Assembly: GCA_963845065.1 (NCBI GenBank) | Contig: CAWJQQ010000005.1 | Coordinates: 288,001 to 352,000 of the forward strand | Length of the DNA: 64,000 bases | Reading direction: 5' to 3' | Source of the DNA: Nitrospirota bacterium | GTDB lineage: Bacteria > Nitrospirota > UBA9217 | Part shown: piece by piece, positions 60,129 through 64,000 of the stretch | Layout: each line of letters begins with the position of its first letter | Numbering within the stretch: the first letter of the stretch is position 1 | Notes under the pieces: model-generated | Seen by the model: only the letters and a program-made list of their open reading frames with translations | What the model was told of the DNA's origin: nothing | Databases searched by the model: none | Program-made: the position numbers and the translations under genes

Positions 60129-61634
60129 CTACACCATAACGACCTCATACTGTTCCTGGTGCAGGTTGGGGTCCGCTTTGATAACGATCTTTTTTTGGAA
60201 TTCTTTCTCTAGTTCCTCTACGCCCTGCCGTTCCTCGTCATACAGCATATCAGCAACCATGGAATTGACGGTGACGAGCGCCTTTTTTTCATCTGCACTC
60301 GTGAATGCCCTCCGCAGTTCACGCAAGACCTCATAGCATACCGTGCGACTCGATTTGATGTAGCCGCGACCATCACAGTAGGGGCAGGGTTCGCACAATG
60401 TACGCCCGAGGCTCTCCCGGATGCGTTTCCTTGTCATTTCAATAAGGCCGATGGGTGAAATATGTGAAATCGTGGTCTTGGCTTTATCGTTTGCCAATGC
60501 TTCCTGGAGTGCTGAATAGACCTTCCGGCGATTGTCCTCCCGCTCCATATCGATAAAATCAAGAATAATGATACCACCGATGTTCCGTAAGCGAAGCTGA
60601 TAGGCGATCTCACGCACGGCCTCGAGGTTCGTCTTTAATATCGTATCCTCAAGTGTACGCTTGCCAACGTACCTTCCAGTGTTGACGTCGATCGCTGCCA
60701 GCGCTTCGGTCTGGTCCACGATGATATACCCCCCCGACTTGAGCCAAACCTTCCTGCCAAGAGCGCGTGAGATCTCTATCTCGACCCCATAGTGGTCGAA
60801 GATGGGGTCGTCACCATCATAGGGCTTGACGCGCCTGCCGAGCTGCGGAATGTAGGAGTCGACAAATTCTCTGACGCGCTGATACTCGTCAGGTGAGTCG
60901 ATTACCATCTTGTCTACATCACGAGTGAAAACGTCCCGGATTACGCGAAAGACAAGATCGAGCTCATTGTGTAGGAGCGCCGGGGCGGAGGCCCGCTCCT
61001 TTTTTTTCTGAACGTTGTCCCAGAGCCGACTGAGGAACTCAATGTCAGCGACGAAGTCGTCCTCGCTTCGTCCCTGACTCGCGGTCCTGATTATGTAGCC
61101 GGTATTCGGTTTTCTGAGCCGGCTGACGATCTCACGAAGCCGTTTGCGTTCCTCGCCGTTTTCGATGCGACGCGATACGCCGATATGGTTCACGCCGGGC
61201 ATCATGACAAGATAGCGGCCCGGGATGCTGATATAAGTCGTCACCCGTGCACCCTTGGTGCTGATCGGCTCCTTGGACACCTGCACAAGAATTTCCTGGC
61301 CTTCCTGCAGGAGGTCTTCGATCTGGTTCGCATGGGCTCGTTTTCGCTTCGGTTCGATTTCGAGCTCAAGGCCTTCGTCCTCCATCAGGGGCGTGTATTC
61401 CGACGTACTGTCGAATACATCACCAACATAGAGGAACGCTGATTTTTCAAGACCAATGTCGATGAACGCGGCCTGCATTCCCGGAAGGACTTTCATGATC
61501 CTGCCTTTGTAAACATTGCCGGCGATGCCGCGGTCTTTTTTTCGGTCTATATATATTTCCGTGACGAGGCTGTTTTCGAGTAGTGCCACGCGAGCTTCCT
61601 CGCGTCCTGCGTTTACGATGATCTCAGATGACAT
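60129..61634 (-). CDS. rng: Ribonuclease G (Rne/Rng family)
   Basis: GMQAAFIDIG, IDVNTG, LRNIGGIIILDFIDM, CPYCDGRG; short form without a degradosome tail. Confidence 0.93.
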   Translation of the reverse strand: MSSEIIVNAGREEARVALLENSLVTEIYIDRKKDRGIAGNVYKGRIMKVLPGMQAAFIDIGLEKSAFLYVGDVFDSTSEYTPLMEDEGLELEIEPKRKRAHANQIEDLLQEGQEILVQVSKEPISTKGARVTTYISIPGRYLVMMPGVNHIGVSRRIENGEERKRLREIVSRLRKPNTGYIIRTASQGRSEDDFVADIEFLSRLWDNVQKKKERASAPALLHNELDLVFRVIRDVFTRDVDKMVIDSPDEYQRVREFVDSYIPQLGRRVKPYDGDDPIFDHYGVEIEISRALGRKVWLKSGGYIIVDQTEALAAIDVNTGRYVGKRTLEDTILKTNLEAVREIAYQLRLRNIGGIIILDFIDMEREDNRRKVYSALQEALANDKAKTTISHISPIGLIEMTRKRIRESLGRTLCEPCPYCDGRGYIKSSRTVCYEVLRELRRAFTSADEKKALVTVNSMVADMLYDEERQGVEELEKEFQKKIVIKADPNLHQEQYEVVMV

Positions 61635-61786
61635 GCCATCTCCTTGGGATTTTGTCTTAGTACTTTTCTATTTTATTATAAGTTGAGCCGGTAAACAAGA
61701 ACAAAAAGAAATTTAAGGGGCCTGACCGGTAGCGAATTACCCTGTTTTCCTGTTTCAGTGTGCTTCCAGTGGTTGCTTGGGTATTC

Positions 61787-61801
61787 TGGCATTAAACTTG
61801 C
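61787..61801 (+). promoter_or_regulatory. Sigma54 promoter of the GGDEF gene
   Basis: TGGCATTAAACTTGC (GG-N10-GC), 29 bp before ATG 61830. Confidence 0.7.
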
Positions 61802-61829
61802 TTTTACAATGATTGAAAGGACGTGGATC

Positions 61830-62930
61830 ATGCGATACTCGATTAAACGACTCTTAAGCAATGCCAGGACATTGGTTGACCTCAGTTTTCGCTTCGTCCG
61901 GGGTGTTGATTATCTGACTTTGAGCCAATATATTCTTAAAATTAATAAGCATAAGGAAATTGATGCGATTCTATATGAACTTTCGAGATGTTTGAAGGAA
62001 ATTCTGGATTATGAACTTTTTGGCTTTGCCCTGAAACAGGGAAAATCAATGGATCTCTGGATAGATCCCAGGATTTACAGCTTACAATTCAAGAGTTTTA
62101 TAATAAATGATTACGATAGTCAAAATATTGACTGTGTAATCCATAATTTTGAGGATCAAATACTAGAAAATAGTCATAGTTCTGACATGGTTAACTTCAA
62201 TAACTTGATATCTTATGTGGTTACTGATGGAACTTATTCAGCCCGGTTATATATTTTGCCGAAAAAGAAAATACTCCTTCATCACAATGTAATCATCAAT
62301 ACGATCATCAGTTCCATTAATATCGCCTTAGAAAAGAATCTAAATATTCAACAGCTTGAAAACGCAGCTGTCCTTGATCCATTGACATTTTGCTATAATC
62401 GTCGAGCTCTTGATACTTTTCTTGAGAATGATATTGCGTATGCGAAACGAAACGGTATTGACCTCTCAGTCGTCATGCTCGATTTGGACGATTTCAAAAA
62501 GATTAATGACGTTTACGGTCATCTTGCAGGAGATGAGGTACTCAAGTCAATTTCCAGGCTTATTTCTTCAATGGTGAGGAAATCCGATTATCTAGTACGA
62601 TATGGCGGTGAAGAATTCGTCCTCGTATTGCCTGATTCGACTTTGTATAGTGCTGTTGAGGTGGCGCACAAGATCAGAAAATTGATAGAAAAACACAGGG
62701 TTCAATTTGAAGGAAAAAGCATTGCCGTGTCTGCAAGTTTTGGGGTGGCTGCCCTAGAAAATAAGCAGGACGGCAGCTTCATTTTACAGGAAGCAGATGA
62801 ACGGTTGTATCGAGCCAAATCGTTGGGTAAAAACACTGTTGTCCCCAGTCTCCTTCCCTGCTTCGCCGATAAACATTTCGTATCGCGAAAACCAGAAAGG
62901 CGTTATGCCGGCAACGGAAGTATGAAATAG
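61830..62930 (+). CDS. Diguanylate cyclase (GAF-like N-terminus + GGEEF)
   Basis: DPLT, DLDDFKKINDVYGHLAGD, RKSD I-site, RYGGEEF. Confidence 0.92.
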   Translation: MRYSIKRLLSNARTLVDLSFRFVRGVDYLTLSQYILKINKHKEIDAILYELSRCLKEILDYELFGFALKQGKSMDLWIDPRIYSLQFKSFIINDYDSQNIDCVIHNFEDQILENSHSSDMVNFNNLISYVVTDGTYSARLYILPKKKILLHHNVIINTIISSINIALEKNLNIQQLENAAVLDPLTFCYNRRALDTFLENDIAYAKRNGIDLSVVMLDLDDFKKINDVYGHLAGDEVLKSISRLISSMVRKSDYLVRYGGEEFVLVLPDSTLYSAVEVAHKIRKLIEKHRVQFEGKSIAVSASFGVAALENKQDGSFILQEADERLYRAKSLGKNTVVPSLLPCFADKHFVSRKPERRYAGNGSMK

Positions 62931-62968
62931 CCGGGGAAATAATTTCCATGAGGGAAGAATTTTCCCGT

Positions 62969-64000
62969 TCAGCCTGAGGTTTCCATCGGGTTTTTCCAGA
63001 CGGTCTTATCCCATGAATACATCCCTATTCGCTTGACCCGGAAATCATTTAGTTGATCGGTTCCCAGTGCAAAGAGCTGCGCGAGAACATCCTGAAAACG
63101 TGGTTTGAATTGGTTTCTATCTATGAGGACAATTTCAACAATTGCTGGAATTGTTTCAGTACGCACCGAGATTGACTCGATGCACGGCCGAAGTTCCTTC
63201 GGTGTTCTTTCTTTAACTACGATCAATGAGGTTTGGGATAAAAAGGTTTTTACTCGCTCTTCTATATTGTTGCCATATGGCACAGGCACATTCACCTCGT
63301 AAACGTACTTGCCGATGCTGCCCGAAAGTGAGGGCGCCTTTGAGGAAATCATCCGAGACTCGAGAATACCGATACCCTCGGGAAGCACCTGGTCGAAGGC
63401 TTTCATGATCTCCTGTGGTTCGATGTACCAGCAGATCTCCATGTCCAGATATTCAGCCGAACTTTCTACACCGACTGGGAGAGCGGGGCCGAAGGATATC
63501 TTCGGATGGGGATTGAAACCGTGGGAAAAGACGATTGGTACTCGGGCGCGCGCGGCTGCCCGTTGAAAAAGAGTCATAAGATCCAAGTGAGAAAGAAAGC
63601 GAAGCCGCCCCATTTTCGTGAATTTCATCCGGTAACGAACCGTCAAGTCTTGTTTCATCGGATGAGCTATCTTTGATTGTATAGAGCCACTGATTCCGAT
63701 CGGATTACTGATCTTGGGAGTAAGCGCTTGCTCAGAGACGGCCGATTTCCCAAAGCCGACGGTGCCCCCGTCTCTGCAGCCGATACCACAATGTTCGCAA
63801 GTCACACGGCAGTTTTCCGTAATTTCAGCGGCCAGCGCCTGCTCGTACTCGCACAGAAGAAATTTTTTTGTTATGCCACTTTGAATATGATCCCAAGGCA
63901 GCGCGTCGACCGGATCGTAGCTGCGTGATGCGAGGGCCATCGGGTCCATGCCACAGGACAAGAACGCCTGCTCCCACTTCGAAAAATCAAAACATTCAGC
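62969..64000 (-). CDS. 3' part of a B12-binding radical SAM protein fused to a radical SAM-linked (DUF2344) domain
   Basis: LPWDHI, CRVTCEHCGIGC, RFLSHLDL, GFNPHPKISF; frame is open to the window edge. Confidence 0.85.
   Translation of the reverse strand, partial: AECFDFSKWEQAFLSCGMDPMALASRSYDPVDALPWDHIQSGITKKFLLCEYEQALAAEITENCRVTCEHCGIGCRDGGTVGFGKSAVSEQALTPKISNPIGISGSIQSKIAHPMKQDLTVRYRMKFTKMGRLRFLSHLDLMTLFQRAAARARVPIVFSHGFNPHPKISFGPALPVGVESSAEYLDMEICWYIEPQEIMKAFDQVLPEGIGILESRMISSKAPSLSGSIGKYVYEVNVPVPYGNNIEERVKTFLSQTSLIVVKERTPKELRPCIESISVRTETIPAIVEIVLIDRNQFKPRFQDVLAQLFALGTDQLNDFRVKRIGMYSWDKTVWKNPMETSG

Noticed and set aside
9069..61442. Numerous long antisense ORFs in the track (e.g. 12734-13462, 45778-46533, 53063-53701)
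   Set aside because: Shadow frames of well-supported genes, with no protein motifs
36748..62930. Hypr-type (cGAMP-forming) GGDEF enzymes
   Set aside because: Both cyclases keep the Asp in G(H/F)xxGD, consistent with ordinary c-di-GMP synthesis
1..64000. CRISPR array, tRNA/rRNA genes, integrase or intact transposase
   Set aside because: No regularly spaced repeats, cloverleaf motifs or recombinase ORFs were recognised by eye

Overview
Bacterial chromosomal window of roughly 50% GC. Gene content and synteny look Nitrospirota/Desulfobacterota-like, but that is inference. Left to right: (1) a phosphate-starvation region with a His-less kinase-like protein, a REC-HK hybrid, three decayed signalling genes and pstSCAB-phoU, carrying two matching arrays of 11-bp-periodic Pho-box-like repeats; (2) a motility/c-di-GMP block (two stator pairs split by a PAS kinase, PilZ, HD-GYP, REC) divergent from an alphaproteobacterial-type flagellin-flbT-flaF operon, with back-to-back sigma28 promoters; (3) a probable flagellin glycosylation island (1573-aa multi-GT/TPR protein, SDR, 2-hydroxyacid dehydrogenase, cytidylyltransferase, cyclase, GT2, galE remnant), then FliK/FlhB-like genes; (4) mixed housekeeping genes (UDG, ferredoxin, lgt, Ap4A phosphorylase, orphan infA, HDOD/GGDEF) and a candidate sigma54-dependent sRNA; (5) a long minus-strand core run from argGH through lysA-dapFAB, dsbC, dapL, folK, rsmA to gmhA; (6) tandem cyclophilins, a ferritin-like gene, panC, rng, an inserted sigma54-driven GGDEF gene and the 3' part of a radical SAM fusion. 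No tRNA, rRNA, CRISPR array or intact transposase was seen; solitary IS200/IS605-type end hairpins are present. All assignments are by-eye motif recognition, with no database searches.
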